Source: Callorhinchus milii (Eukaryota). From it: a stretch of DNA of 60,000 bases. Positions 35,989 to 49,515 of the stretch are shown here, piece after piece (position 1 is the first letter of the stretch; each line of letters begins with the position of its first letter). Location: the NCBI RefSeq assembly GCF_018977255.1, contig NW_024704742.1, positions 102,488,001-102,548,000 of the forward strand. Direction: 5' to 3'. The position numbers and the translations under genes were made by a program. Under the pieces are notes generated by a model. It was not told the DNA's origin, did no database searches, and was given only the letters and a program-made list of their open reading frames with translations.

Positions 35989-37579
35989 TTGACAGATAAC
36001 ACTGTCCCTCTCACCATTGTTTATTTTCTAACAGGAGTCATTGAGTAACAATCCAGAGTAGGTAGCAAATATCACAAATTAAACCCCAGTATTTTAATTG
36101 TATAATGAAAATAATGAAAAATAATTTGTCACAACTCACTTTGTTACATGCATCTTAGTTTATAGATTAGAATTATATAGTTACTATGAATCATTCCTGA
36201 AATTCTTATGCAGGGATCGGAATTTCATTAAAGGCTTCAAAATAAATTACTCCATGTCACTCCTTACCTAACCATCATGTAACCTTTGATTAGAAGAGAT
36301 TCCAACTTTGTTTCCTTTTCTCTGTCAATTTTTTCCCTTCCTCTTAAAATTCATTGATTTATGCTGTGTACTATTGTATAGATATCATTTATACCTGGTA
36401 CTTCAACCAAGTGGCCATTCTTCAGAACAGACAATAGTGTCAAAAGACTATTCCTAACAACATATTATTTTGATTGAACTTTTGGTTAACATCTTCAAAT
36501 CTCAAATTTCCCTGCTCAGTATCCATCACCACATTTATCAAGTGCTTGTTTACATGAATGACGGTGTTTAAATGCAAGTCATCTTCTTATTCAGCCATCA
36601 CAGTTATGTCCAACCTTGTTCGCTCAACCTGTACTTTACAAACAGGGATAGCAGTCGAGCAGGAATCCTAGTTGAATCTCTCTTTTCCAGTTCCTCTGTG
36701 GATCCAACAACAACTTGCATTTATATAGTGCCTTTCACATGGGGTAGTGTCCCGGAGGATTCCACAAATATACTCAGCTTCCTACTTTACACTTCATCTG
36801 GAAGAGTAGAAAATAGCTGATTTCAGGAGCTAAATTGCAATCTTGATAAAGAACTGACAAAAGATCTGAATGACCTGTAATTTGACCATTTCTATGTCAA
36901 TCCCAAAGTGGTGCTGAGCGTTGCAGTGTTACAGAACTTAATTTCTTCTCTCGTGATATGTAAGTGCTGCTGAGATTGACAAAATGGGTAAAATAATTCT
37001 TAGCCAACTGTCAAAGAAGATAGGGAAGGTATCCAGTGTATCCAGTGTAAATCTCTATCTTTGTCTGGAAGGCTTCTTTTGATATTTTGTTTTCTGTTCT
37101 GGTAACCTACATTTGCACCTGCTCTGCCTAAAGTGCCGCTGAAAGCTTTAAAAAGAGTCTACAAGAAAACGTAGCCACTATCCAGGTGTTATCAGTTGTT
37201 TGTGCATTTTCCATCATTTATATCCCCATTTAAGAATATGGTGCTGCCTCTGGCTACAGCTCTGACTTCAGAGGCAGCGCTATAAGCAAAACAAGGTGGT
37301 GCTGCTGCTTCTGGAAATTGCATCAGTTTTTCAACTTTGATCCTTGAGCCCACCCACCCTGATGGGTCAGCAGCGTGGTTTGGCACTCATGGCCTGTCCA
37401 AGGAAGGTCTAGGGTCAGAAGCAAAAGTCACCAGTTAGTTCACAGCTTCTGTGTTACCACCACCATGGATTGGAAATTGGCTGCTCAAAGCAAAGCACTT
37501 TTCGACTCATCCATAAACTAGTTGTAGCTTTTAATTGAATATGTCTGCCTGATTTGGAAATAAAAGGTCTGTTTAATTA

Positions 37580-37894
37580 TAATAATAATAATAATAATCC
37601 TTGCATTTGATGTAGAGCTTTTCACGTCTTCTAGACATCCCACAGTGCTTCACAGAATATACTGTAAAGTGAATTGACTGTATATTTGTGGGCGAACGCG
37701 GCAGCCAATTGCGCACAGCAATGTCCCACAAACAGTCGTGGATTGAAAATGACCAATTTATTATTGTTTTTGTTTTTTGGAGGGATTATTATTAGGCGTG
37801 TGGAGTAAGGAAACTTGCCCAAGGTTTCGCCCTGCCGGGAATTGAACTCAGGTCTCTCACTTGCAAAGCGAGTGCTCTAACCATTGAGCTACAG
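37580..37894 (-). mobile_element. Young SINE, short subfamily, full length
   Basis: Near-identical to 1299-1611 along its whole length. Confidence 0.93.
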
Positions 37895-38149
37895 TAATTA
37901 TACGGAAGGAGAGACTATAAAGCAAACCGTTTTAATACCACTGCCCACACCCCCCAGTGTAGCACAGCTTTGTCCATAGTGCAGTATACCCTTGCTAACT
38001 GGAAGTGTGGTACTGACTAGCTAACGTCCCATGCTAAAAAAATTGGCTGAATCTCTGTCATCAAGTTGCCACTGATGTCACTGCCTGCACATTCCATGCA
38101 TAAGAAACAACACTTCCTCCTGGGGGAGCCAGTAAGCAGGATCTCCTGA

Positions 38150-38290
38150 CCACAAGGTGACATGCTTGGCAGCAAGATTTCGGAATCGAGTCAACCCTCT
38201 GTTGCAGTCTCAGTTGTTTGGTTCCTTGTCAAGGTGGGACCACAGTACTCCATAGCACTAATGATGACAGACTAGCCAGCCTGGCATTGA
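38150..38290 (+). repeat. Family X fragment
   Basis: AAGGTGACATGC..GAATCGA..GGTTCC..GGTGGGACCACAGTA..TGACAGACTAGCCAGCCTGGC aligns with 54148-54260 joined to 54463-54485. Confidence 0.7.
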
Positions 38291-39839
38291 CATTACACAA
38301 TCTTGTTAAGGCTTATTGTGCGGCAGTTATTTTATAATAGTAAATAGTGAAAATCCAAGAATCTTCAGCAGCTTTTTTTTCTCAATTATCTCTGCTCGTT
38401 TCTTGAAGCCAATATCTCACACTGGGGTAAAGCTCCATGTATGGGTGCCAGTGGATCTTAAGCATTTTACTATGTTAATGTTTGGACAACAAGTGTTAAG
38501 AGTGATTTCAATATAGGGAAAAGCAAAATTGCAGCCAATTCCAATCCCATTTTCACTCAATGTGCACATATTTGGTTTTGGTCAGCTTAGTACCTGACAT
38601 ACACAGAAACCCATCACCATGCTTAAGTGTATATCAAAACCAGGAGTTAACAAGAGCCGAATGGAAAGAACTCCAGCCCAATAGCTGCGCACATGCACAT
38701 TTTGAACAGAAGCCACTGTACACTGATGAGGATCAGAATCCCAGGCCCAGTGTATTGCTATTTTGCCCAGCGATGTTGCGGACAATTGAATTGCTGCTGT
38801 TGTTTAGTTGAGGTCATCATCAACATAGGTCAGAGTTTTCATCCCAGCAACTTCATGGTCTGCATGGCTCATAACCACACTGGACTATGCATTTACTAGT
38901 TGAGCCATCAAGAACTCTTAGACATTCCATTGCAGACAAGCATTTAAAACGGATCAAGTGACTCCGACTTTGCATCAACTCTTGAACTTTGAACATTCCC
39001 CCGCCCTTAATGCACAAGATTGCTTAGTCGATCACTAGTTTGAAAATTTCTGATTTATAATTTGAAGTGTCACACCCCTTCTCTCCCCTTCCCCTTTCAC
39101 CCCCCCCCCCCCCCCCCCCCCCCCAAATGAGGCTACATCGCCAGTTGTCTTCAAATTGTTTGATGTTACTCGTGCAGAATAGTTCAGAACAGTGGCAATT
39201 TCATCTGTGACTGAGGGCCAGACTGCCATCTTCAAAAGAATGAAACCAGCTTTGAATGTCAGCTCTGAAGTGGTTCCGAATATTGTGAGGGAAACGTCAG
39301 ACAAATGAACACAGATGGTGGTGCCGTTGAAGGAAGGGGGGAGAAAAAGGCTTCTATTCTGAGGCGATCCTGCCAAAAGCTTTTAAATCTTAGATTTCTA
39401 AAGAATCAGCCCCCAGAATGAGTGTGCATGTGGCCCAGATTCTAGCACAGCTGCACATTTGTATTAGATGCAAATTTTCTGCTGATCAGAGCAAACTTAT
39501 TAATATATAGAGCATGGATTTATCAATGCAAACACACCACTGTTAATGTAGGTAAAAGAGCATTAATAGTGTAAATAATACGATTGTTTGTGTAAATGAC
39601 CTGGATTTTTTTAATGTAAATAGTTTTGAGAAATTAATGTAAGCCATTCTGAATTTTTTATGAAAATAGTGTGGAGTTATCATTCTAGTTTGCAGAAATG
39701 AATTGTAACATCCTTTTCACTAGTCTGTTCTTACTGACATTCCAGCAATAATGGCTTAGTCCCCACATGTTAATAACATTCGCAAAGAGAACGCTATATA
39801 ACAGGATAAGTGCCCTAATATAGTGAATTGCAACATAGT

Positions 39840-40263
39840 TAATAATAATCCTTGCATCTGGTATTGCACTTTTCATGTCAGAGAGTACTTCACAGGATTT
39901 AGTGTAAAGTTTAGTGATTGCGGATTTGTGTGCAAACTCAGCAATCCATTTGCACACAAAAATGTCCACAGACTCCCATGAAGTGAACAACCAATTTTAT
40001 CTGGCGAATTGTTGGCCAGGCCAATGGGAGAAACTCCCTTCTCTTTTTAAACAGTGGCATGGAATCTTTAACATCTACCTGTACAGGGAGATAGGACTTC
40101 AGTTTAACTTCTGATCTGAAGGATGACATCTCTGACAATACAACTGTGTACACCCCAGCACAGCATTGGACTGTCAGTCTAGACTATATCAGTTCCCCTG
40201 TGGGTTTGAACCCCCAACCTTCTGATTCAGAGGCGAGTGTTCTATCAACTGAGCCAAGCTGAC
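39840..40263 (-). mobile_element. Older Deu-SINE, full length
   Basis: Reverse complement: TTGGCTCAGTTGATAGAACACTCGCCTCTGAATCAGAAGGTTGGGGGTTCAAACCC..GTTAAAGATTCCATGCCACT..CCTGGCCAACA, then the tail. Confidence 0.88.
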
Positions 40264-40385
40264 ATATAGATGCACTAATACAATGATTACCAATGAATAG
40301 CAGTATTGCTGCAGTATAATGATCACTAGTACATTACAGTATAAATCTACCAGCATAGTGTAGCAAATAAAAGCATAGTTTTGGT

Positions 40386-40581
40386 CTGGTTGGTGACTGT
40401 GAAGATCTATCTGGTTGTGAAGATCTGGCTGGTTGGTATCTATGAAGATTATCTTGATATCTGTGAAGATTCGGTTGGTGTCTGTGAAGATTCGGCTAGT
40501 GTCTGTGAAGATCTGGTTGGTAACAGTGAAGTTTTGATTGGTGCCTGTGAAGATCAGGTTGGTGTGTGAACATCTGGCTGG
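40386..40581. repeat. Minisatellite, about 9 copies of a 21-bp unit (TGTGAAGATCTGGTTGGTGTC)
   Basis: GTGAAGAT recurs at about 21-bp spacing. Confidence 0.9.
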
Positions 40582-42309
40582 CAGCAGTTTTTAAGCTTTT
40601 TTTTCCCCAAGTGTCAATGATCACTCTATAACCTCAACAAAAGCAGAGTGACCATTCAGAGAAGTGAAATAAATAAAGTGCTTCTCTGTGGTAAGATCAT
40701 TAGCGTATTTAAAATGTGTGGGATTCAATGCACAATTGATCCCATTTGTTCCAAACAGACTACTTCTGCCCACAGCAGAAATCTATAAGTCTTGAGAGCA
40801 TATTCTAAGCCCACTGTGCTCACTGGTGCTTTGTAGTTATTATTAATTCAAGTTGAATAACCAAATCCTTGGCTCTTGGTGCAATTTAAAACATCATTTG
40901 AAGCTGCTACCTATTATGAGTGGAGAAGAAAAGATTCATTGTTGCTTTATAACCACTAACCAGTTTGTGATTTCATGATTGTTGGAATATCAAAGTTCCT
41001 CGTTCAGATATAAAATAAAGGTATGGCAATGTGACATTTTTAAAGCTAAAGTTCACCTTTTTTTGAAGCCAGCTCTGGTGATAAACTTGTGCAAACCCTA
41101 TGGTTCAGTGGATATTGAAAGGAGGCTGAGGGCAGCTGCCTTTGTCAGTCAGGTGTGGAGGTAGCTGGGAGGTGTGGTGCATTTGACTTTCCTTTGTTGT
41201 GTGTTGCTACCCTGTGAGATGGTCTGAAATAGACAGCTATCATCAAGTTTTTCAGCACCCGTTTCATTCTTAATAGTTATTTGTTTGCAGCTGCTCACAT
41301 TTGTGTGCTAAGTTTGGCACAAAATGAAGCAATATTTCAGACTGTATGGTTGTTAGGAGCTAATTTGATACAGTCCCTTATTTGGTAATCAAACCCTTCT
41401 TTGTGGGAGGTTTTGAAGGGTGGTATTTTGATAGATATATATGTCTGCTTTATATTAAACTTAAAAGAGAGAGCTTCTAACAGTTTGACACAAACTGTAG
41501 CTTTATTGTTCATAACCAGTCACCATGATTTGAATGAAATAAGACTAAATTAGAAAAACCTGTTTTGTAATTGCTCTCCATTTCTGACTTTGCAATATTG
41601 GAATATAATACAGATTAAAGTCTAATACGAGAGCTAAGGAGGTAATAAATTTAAGAGGAATAAATTAAAGCAATATACAATAACCCGATTTGATATAAAA
41701 CAAGTGCAATATTCATTTGTTGATAATTGAGGGCCAGAAAATATTTGATTAAAGGATCACTATCTTCATGAAAATGTGTTTGGCAAACCTTTGAATTCTT
41801 TGTAAATGTATCATTGCATCAAATGAATGTGATGCTAATAAGCTAAAAAAAAGCCCGATACTTTTCTTCACTTGACACTTCTGCTTTACAGAGGAATCTA
41901 CAAATTTGTTGTTTTTGGTGGTGGTGTTGCCTCTGCAAATATTATGTGCTCCTCACAGCATTTAAAATGTTAATTTAAGGTCCCTTAGTTAGTCTCAATT
42001 TCCTGCATTCAAGAGAATTTGTGCCAAAGAAACTTACTAGACTGTGACAGAAATGTTACATGAAATAGACAGGCAAACTTGGCTACTTTTTCTCTGTTTC
42101 TTTGTTCAAATGCTTTTCCATTAATTTCCTACCTACTCCCCACTCCTGACAAATACACACACAAACTTACACACACACACACATGCTTACAGTTCTGGTC
42201 TTCATATTCAAATTAAGACCATGGGTTTGCAAACCCATTGCTGTTGAAAAAGGTTACGTACCTTGCCCCTGGCACTGCCAACACTCACTACAAAGTTCAC
42301 ACATAAGTA

Positions 42310-42812
42310 ATAAGTGCTCCGAGATGCTACCTGCATGAAGGACACTTTATAAATACATGTTGATATTGTTGTAATAGTCATTTAGGTGAGATACTGAAAG
42401 CATCAAGAACCTGAATTGAGCCAAGGAAAAAGAAAAAACAAAGATTCAGTTATAAACACTATAATTCACTGTTATAGTTCAGTTATAACAGTCAGGCTCC
42501 ACCACTGTTAAGCGCTCTGAGACGCTACGCTGCATGGAGGGAGCTAGATAAGTTGTTGTTGTTGTTGTAACCGTGTTCCTGTGTGGGCCCCATTTATTGT
42601 GCATGTACGCAACTGGCCCACTTGCTTCCTGAGGCCAATCGGCTCTTGAACTAAAATGGCTGATTACCATAGATATCACTTCCTGCACACTTCGCAACAC
42701 ACAGAGGTGCCCTGATGACCAAAACATTGGCCATTTAGTTTCCCGTGTACTAGTGCTCCGAGATGCCATCCGGCGTGAAGGGTGCTATATAAATGCAAGT
42801 TGTTGTTGTTGT
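42310..42812 (+). mobile_element. Three separate tail-only L2 insertions (about 42310-42372, 42500-42568, 42750-42812)
   Basis: Each has the form AG.GCTC.GAGA.GC..C..GC.TG.AGG..GCTA.ATAA..(GTT)n. Confidence 0.75.
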
Positions 42813-44789
42813 ACTAAAAATGCCTAACATCCAAATAATCAGATCACCACCAATATCACTTCCTGTTTTGCACATTAGTGTGTTGGGATTTTCTGGAACA
42901 GAAATATTACTATGTTATAATGAGGCTCCACTGTATTCCACAGATTCTCTCTATATGAGTCAGAATATCATTTGCACCTTTGTTATTATGCAACATCAAC
43001 TTGCCTGAATAGATTGCCTTTCATGTGGAATGAATCTTTTGAAGTACAGGTATTTCACACAGACAATGTGAAACACCCTGCAGGGAGGAATGGAGGAGGA
43101 ATTTGACCAAAGTTGTGGTCAAATAAATATATTTTTATGAAGACTTTGAAGTCAGGGAAAGAAGGCAGTAAGCAAAGGATTGAAGGAGAGAGTTCACCTT
43201 GCGGTTGAAGCCTTGGCCACTGAATGTAAAACAGAGTGTGTGAGGAACCAGTAGCAGATCCAAATTGGTAAACCAGACATTGGTATGTAATCAGTAACCG
43301 TGTAGCACAATGGTCACAATTTTGTGTAGTTTGGTTCAGAGTAAACACAGGTTTATTCTTCCAAGTGTGACTAAAATGTGACCTCAAATCCTTGATATGA
43401 ATTATTTGCTCAAGTACTTTTGTGTTTCTCTTACATCAAAACTGCGCACTACACATCCCCCGACAAACTGACGAGGATAAACTAACCTCCCCTCGGAATC
43501 ATCTCCTTCCAACATCCTTGGCAAGTTGCAGTCAATCCTTTCAAATACTACAAGATGATGATGCCCAATTGTCTCATCCTTTTAAGCTATTAAATCTGTG
43601 ACAGAATAGTCACCGATTGTTGCTGGGAGGTCCAAATGCATTTACTTTTCTCTTCTCAAAAATATGACAAACCTGCCAGACATTCAGTGCTGAAAGTATT
43701 CTGGTAGCAGTAAGTGATTTGAGACAATATCGGTTTTCATGCTACGTCATTCATGCTCCTGTATAGAGACACATACTTCTCACATTGGGCTTCAGTGTCT
43801 TTATTGTCCCTGTTTCCTGTTACAAATAGCCAGCGATGGCTCGTCTTTGACAATCCATCAAGCTGCTGAAACAGAGGGAAAGAAAGAGAGCTGTGCAGTA
43901 CCAGGCAGGTCACTAAATACTGAACAATGAATTAAAATTGTCTCTTTTCAAAGAGCTGCTGAAAGCCCTAAACTGTGCTGGTATTATATGTAGCGTTGGC
44001 AAAGAAAATCATGTTAGCACTCTGAATACTACTGGACAAGGCTTTCGGAGATTGAATACATTGGACATAACAATGCCAGTGATGACAATTTGTGTATGTA
44101 GCATGCGCCAATAACTCTCTGAGGCAGCGTTACACTTTTGGTTCTGTTTCAATTCAACAAAATAGCTTCGGCAAACGGTATAAGAGGGGGGACTGGGAAC
44201 GTATAATATGGAGAATAATGGATAACTTGGATTGATTATAAAATAGCAATCTCAATGAAGAGTTTACATTACACTTTAATCCGCAAGAGTAAATTTGGAA
44301 CGGTTTGGATATGAAATCATTCAAAGCTTTCATCCAAACTCCAAGAAATACTCCCAAACACTTGTTTTTAATTTGATGAATTTTTCTCAGGGTGGCTGTT
44401 TCAATCTTCTTTGTTGCCAGCATTAGGTGTCACGGACAATTTCACTGAGAAGTACAATGCATGCAATTGATGGGTGATGAGGTTTTCACTGAAGGATAAT
44501 AGCACTCCTGTGCTATTATCATTGAGCATTTATTAATAATCTGCTGTTAATTGCTTGAAAACGACACAGGCAGTATGTGTTTCTGAGCCATTAAAGGAGC
44601 TCTACTACTGCCCCTTTGAAAAATCAGTGGGGGAAACAGGAGATCAATCATTTTTTTTCACATGATAAGGAGAAAGTTGCAAAGTGCGATGTGCTAATTA
44701 ATAATCCTGTAAAGTGATTTCAGATGTTCGCTCGATGTGAAAAATCCCTTATCAAATCCAAGGTTTATTGTTATTATTAGAATTACCAG

Positions 44790-45215
44790 TGATAAATAAG
44801 ACACACAATTTAGATTTATAAAGCACTTTTCACATTGGAAGGACATCTCAAGGTGCTTGACACTGTAGCTGAGCACCCAAGCTGGAGGTGGAATTCTAAA
44901 AGGAGGGAGAAGGGAAAGATAACATAATTGATAAAATGGGTTAAGACCAGTTGTTAACTGACGGAACTTATACCCCCTCCCATGATAGTTATCACATCAC
45001 ACCTTGCAATTTTCACTCCATAAATTTTAAATATGCCTCCACCTTGCTCCCTCCTTCCCCTCATTTACATCACAACTGAAGATCTTCCTGTCGACCGTGC
45101 TTACAGCTACCTCCTCCCTCCACTCAGCTCGACATCAAGCTCTGCTACTGTTAAACACTCTGAGACGCTGCCCAGCTGGAAGGGAACTACATAAATGTAA
45201 ATTGTTATTGTTGTA
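44790..45215. mobile_element. Two L2 3' ends in opposite orientation (about 44790-44920 minus; about 45040-45215 plus)
   Basis: GATTTATAAAGCACTTTTCACATTGGAAGGACATCTCAAGG on the minus copy; GAAGATCTTCCTGTCGACCGTGC..ATAAATGTAAATTGTTATTGTTG on the plus copy. Confidence 0.7.
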
Positions 45216-45575
45216 AATATCTCTCTATTATATCTCAGAGGAGAGTCAATTGGCAATTCTTATCTCCACTGAAAAACTGTGGGAGCTTTATTTTGCAGTT
45301 TTTCCCATTGTTCGGCCAGGTCTCCTTTAGCATAGTTATCACAAGGAATTGTGCAGGTTATAACCAGTGACCTTTGAATTACATTCCCGATCTTTATTAC
45401 TGACAACAAAGTGGGCCCATAATTTACCATAAAATTTGACCTTAATACATATCTAGAATCCAGAGAAGGTATTATTTTAGAATAACCAATGTTTAATCGT
45501 TATCTTACTAAATAAAACTGTGCATTAGCACAGTTGGTGCAGACATTTTGAGGATGTTAAAGTGAGCCTGCTCTA

Positions 45576-46050
45576 AACAACAACAACAAAATTACATTTA
45601 TAGAGCGCTTTTCACGTCGGGAGGACATCCCAAAGCGCTGAACAATCAGGTGTCGGGACCTGAGCATGGGGGAGGGGTGGTGTAAGGGTGAGGGAAGGCA
45701 GAGAGGTGGGAGGGCGACCAAAGGCATGATCGAAGAGAAGGGTCTTGAGACCGGCCTTGAAGGAGGCAAGGGAGGAAGTGAGGCGAAGGTTCCAGAGTGT
45801 GGGGGCACAGAGTTTGAAAGCCCAGCCATCGATGGTAGGGCGGGTCGGGCGGGGGGACATGGAGCAGACCGGAGCCCGCTGAACGGAGGGAGTGGGCAGG
45901 TCGGTAGGGAGTCAGCAGGTCAGAGAAGTAGGAGGGGCAAGGCCATGGATGGCCTTGTAAGTGAGGATGAGGATCTTGAACTCGATCCTCTGGGGGATGG
46001 GGAGACAGTGGAGTCAGGCGAGGTTGGGAGTGATGGGGTCATGGAGCCTG
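45576..46050 (-). mobile_element. L2 3' end, relatively young
   Basis: Peptides IDGWAFKLCAPTLWN..LASFKAGLKTLLFDHAF and RIEFKILILTYKAIHGLAP; intact tail. Confidence 0.92.
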
Positions 46051-46317
46051 AAGACTGAACATAACACTAAAATTAGCAATCCAACAATTTAGACTTTATA
46101 CTGTGTCTGATGGTTGCAAACGGTAGTCTTATTAGACTTGAAAATGTGATGTTCACAACCTGGGTTCACAAACAATGGCTTGCCAATTGCCAATGGGTGA
46201 ATCCTGCCAGGAATCAAATGTATATCACACCCACTCATTCCATGATCTATTCTTGGGTGAGATTATTTGTTTCATGAAGTGAAATAAATATGAAGTGGTG
46301 GAGTTCTGATCAGTGAA

Positions 46318-46520
46318 AGGCTGACACTGTGAAAAGGGCTGGCCCTGTCTGTAGTGAGTGAGATTAGGGTTAGCGCTGTATGTGAGGAGAGAGAAGAGCT
46401 GGCACTCTGTGGTGAGAGGGGTTGGCACTGTGTGAGGAAGACAGGTTGGCATTATGTGTAGGGGGAGAAAGTGGCTGGAAGTGTTTGGGGAAGATAATTT
46501 AGCACTGTGTGAGGAATGTA
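46318..46520. repeat. Degenerate minisatellite (unit about 22-27 bp, GGTTGGCACTGTGTGAGGAAGA-like)
   Basis: (G/A)GCACTGTGTGAGGA variants recur about 8 times. Confidence 0.7.
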
Positions 46521-49165
46521 CAGGTGTCAGTGGGCATCACCAATGGGCATCGTGTAAGCCCTTAGTATGATCTAGGGATTATTTTTCCATCGCATCTTTG
46601 AAACCTATAAGGTACTTAATCAGGACACAAATCTGAATTATTCTGAACCTGTCCATATTCCAAATTCCTCTGAGCAGGTTGTGCATGAACCAATTCAGAC
46701 TGAATTTGGGGCTTATTCAAAGTTTTGTGGCACTTAAAAAGAAGAGAAAAAAATGATTGTGGAGCGGTGTATTTATGAGGCTTGGGTAATGCAAACTGCA
46801 CTTAAGCCCTGAGGGACTGTAACTCAGCATCTCGTATGGTACAGGAAAGAGATAATCAAGGAGAATAGTTCACTTGTGTGGCAAACTCTAATTTCCTTTC
46901 CACATGAGTGGGACCCATAAATAAACAGCAGATGAGGGCAGTTTCAGGAATACTAACTCTCTCATAGGAACAGGAGTAGGCCATTCAGCCTCTCTCTCTC
47001 GCTCTCTCTCTGTTTTCCTTTCTTCTAATTACTACTGTTTTAGACTTGAAAAGAACTGCAAGTAATTTTTTCCCAAAGTTTCTTATGGTTTTAGCTTTAA
47101 GGCCATTGTTTTAAAAACATAGGGCCATGCAGAATTTTGTAAAATTCTTAAATTCAGTCTTTGTTTCGAATGGGGTGGGGTGTGGGGGGGTGCTCAACAG
47201 CATGTTGTACGATCTGTAGTAAAACTGGTTTTCAATTAAGGCTGATATTTTCTAAAAAATTCAACATTTCTGCACAATCTTACAATGAGAGCTTGAGAGA
47301 TTTCAGCCTCAGCAAACATTGTTTGTTAAACAAGGACAGCCCCCCAAAAACATTGGTGACCAGTTGAGTGGATCTGCAAAGTCAACAATGATAGCCTTGT
47401 GAAAGGACTATGTCTATTAACTATCGGAACAGCACACAGCTTTATGTTTGTTTGAGAAACGATACCTGCCTTATGAACAATGCAAACAACATTTATTTGT
47501 AACGCAGAGGCTTAATTAAGATGTATGAGGGGCACTCTGTGGCCTGGAAAACCCTGAGACTGAGTCATTATCACCGTTTCTGTTTGCTTCTGATATCTGT
47601 GAGTTGACAACTTGAGGGATTATGGGAGGGGAGCTTGATAAGAGTCTGTTCTATTTAATCCTCTACTATAGAATTTACAAGGAGAAAAAAAAGGTTTTTG
47701 TCTGGTTTGTGTGAAACTCCTTGTTCTTTACTTCATTTAATATTGTATTAAAGTCTAGCAAGATAAAGCATTGATACTTCACGACCAACATTTGCCTTTG
47801 TTTTCTGATATTCACCAGTTGAGGCCCAGTAGCTAGATTAATATTTTAGTAAATGTAAATATAATGCAGAGCAACCCCATCATAATGTGGTCAGCTGGAT
47901 CCAATATCAGAGAATGTGTTAAAAGCAACATGTGGAAAAATGGCCAGCTTCCTTGTCATTGAGTCACTGTACATGTCGTGCATAGGAATTGCCGCTCATG
48001 TTACTTATGCCACAAAGTGACGTTAGTGGTGTTTCCTCTACATATCACGCATTAGAAGAGCGCAGGACGTAAGAAGTGACATCAGCAATGCTTCCTGTGC
48101 ATAGCAAATACGTGCAATGTGCAGGAAGTGCAGGAAGGAGATTTTAGCCAGGATTTCTCTCCTTGCAAGGTGAATATTACAAGCACGAATTATTGGGTCC
48201 CAATAATCTATTCCCATTTTCATTCTGATGATGTATTGCAATACCATTGTCTTTATCTTCTAAATTTTAATTTAGTGTCTGACACATGAGAAAATCCGAG
48301 ACAAGTTAAAGACTCTCAAAACCAAACATTGAGAGTTCTACATATGTATGCTTTCTGTTTATTTGCCAAAACATATGCAGTCTGACATCTAATCCCAGTC
48401 TAGGAAGGTGCCAAGACTCAGGGACCCCAGAGTGCTCTACTTTACCTTCTAGGTGTATAATCTTCCAGTTCAAGCTTTCACATGGACACCCATGATATGA
48501 GCTTTGGAGTAAACATATTTAAAAGCCCCAGTCAGTACTTTTCTATTTTTGCAAGTTTTAAAAAAAAGGATGACATTAAACACAAAGGCACATCAAGTCT
48601 TGGCTGCAGTTTCTGGAAATAAATCTTAAATTTGTTTCCTTGCTTTTTTTATCTGGATCAAGTCAAGCCGAGGCAGATCAATGTCTTTTCCACTTTTGGA
48701 CAGATTGATCACATTGAGTGGTGTAGATATAGAATGGAGAACAATGCTCCCTCTACTGAGTGCTATTAATGGGTCTCAGCTCCAAACATGGGAGAGCACC
48801 CCCTACTGGGTCATTTCCCACACTAGAAATTCTTCCAACTTCACAAGTGAATTTCCTGTTTCATTACCAATTTATTAGGTGCTCTGGCTTATAGTGAGTA
48901 TAAGTCAGAGCACAGAGTTGCCATAAATTGGCAAAGAAACAGAGCTCATTCAGAAACTGCTGTCAGTCTGAGCTCAGTCTCATTTGATGTCAGATCCTTA
49001 CACCTGACATAGAGAGAGTAGATGTTCATCTCATCATTCTAAGCCTACCCAACATCTAGACATGAAATGACAGAATACAGAAAAACCCTGGTCAATGTTG
49101 ATCCCTCCCTTACCTTAGTCCAAATCTCTGTGTCCTTTCTTACTGCTGCAAATCAGGTCCCTCCT

Positions 49166-49216
49166 AAGGATGTAACTCAGTGGTAGAGTGCATGCTACAC
49201 ATGAGTGAGCTCCTGA
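49166..49216 (+). pseudogene. 5' fragment of a tRNA-Ala (retropseudogene or SINE head), lacking the T arm
   Basis: AAGGATGTAACTCAGTGGTAGAGTGCATGCTACACATGAGTGAGCTCCTG versus vertebrate tRNA-Ala GGGGATGTAGCTCAGTGGTAGAGCGCATGCTT.GCATGTATGAGGTCCCG. Confidence 0.75.
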
Positions 49217-49515
49217 AGGGTAGGGGTGGAGATGGAAGAGCATGAAGGCATAGTCAAAGTGGAAGGTCTTGAGATAAGCCTTGAAAGAGACAAGGGAGGG
49301 GGCTGAGACAGAAAGATTCCAGGATGGAGTTCCAGAGGGTGAGGGCAGAAAAACTGAAGGCTTGACCGGCAATGATGGGGCAGGCAGGGTGGGGGACGTG
49401 AACAGGGCAGTGGCCCTCAAGCGACAGGTTGGTGTGGTAAGTCACAGAGGTAGAGATGAGAAAGACCGTGGAGGGCTTTAAAAGTGAGGATGAGGATTTT
49501 AAACTCAATCCTCTG
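49217..49515 (-). mobile_element. L2 3' fragment lacking its terminal tail
   Basis: Peptides EFKILILTFKALHG, IAGQAFSFSALTLWNS and SFKAYLKTFHFDYAF. Confidence 0.88.

Noticed and set aside
40386..40581. CRISPR-like array
   Set aside because: The units are contiguous tandem copies with no unique spacers, the context is vertebrate, and there are no cas genes.
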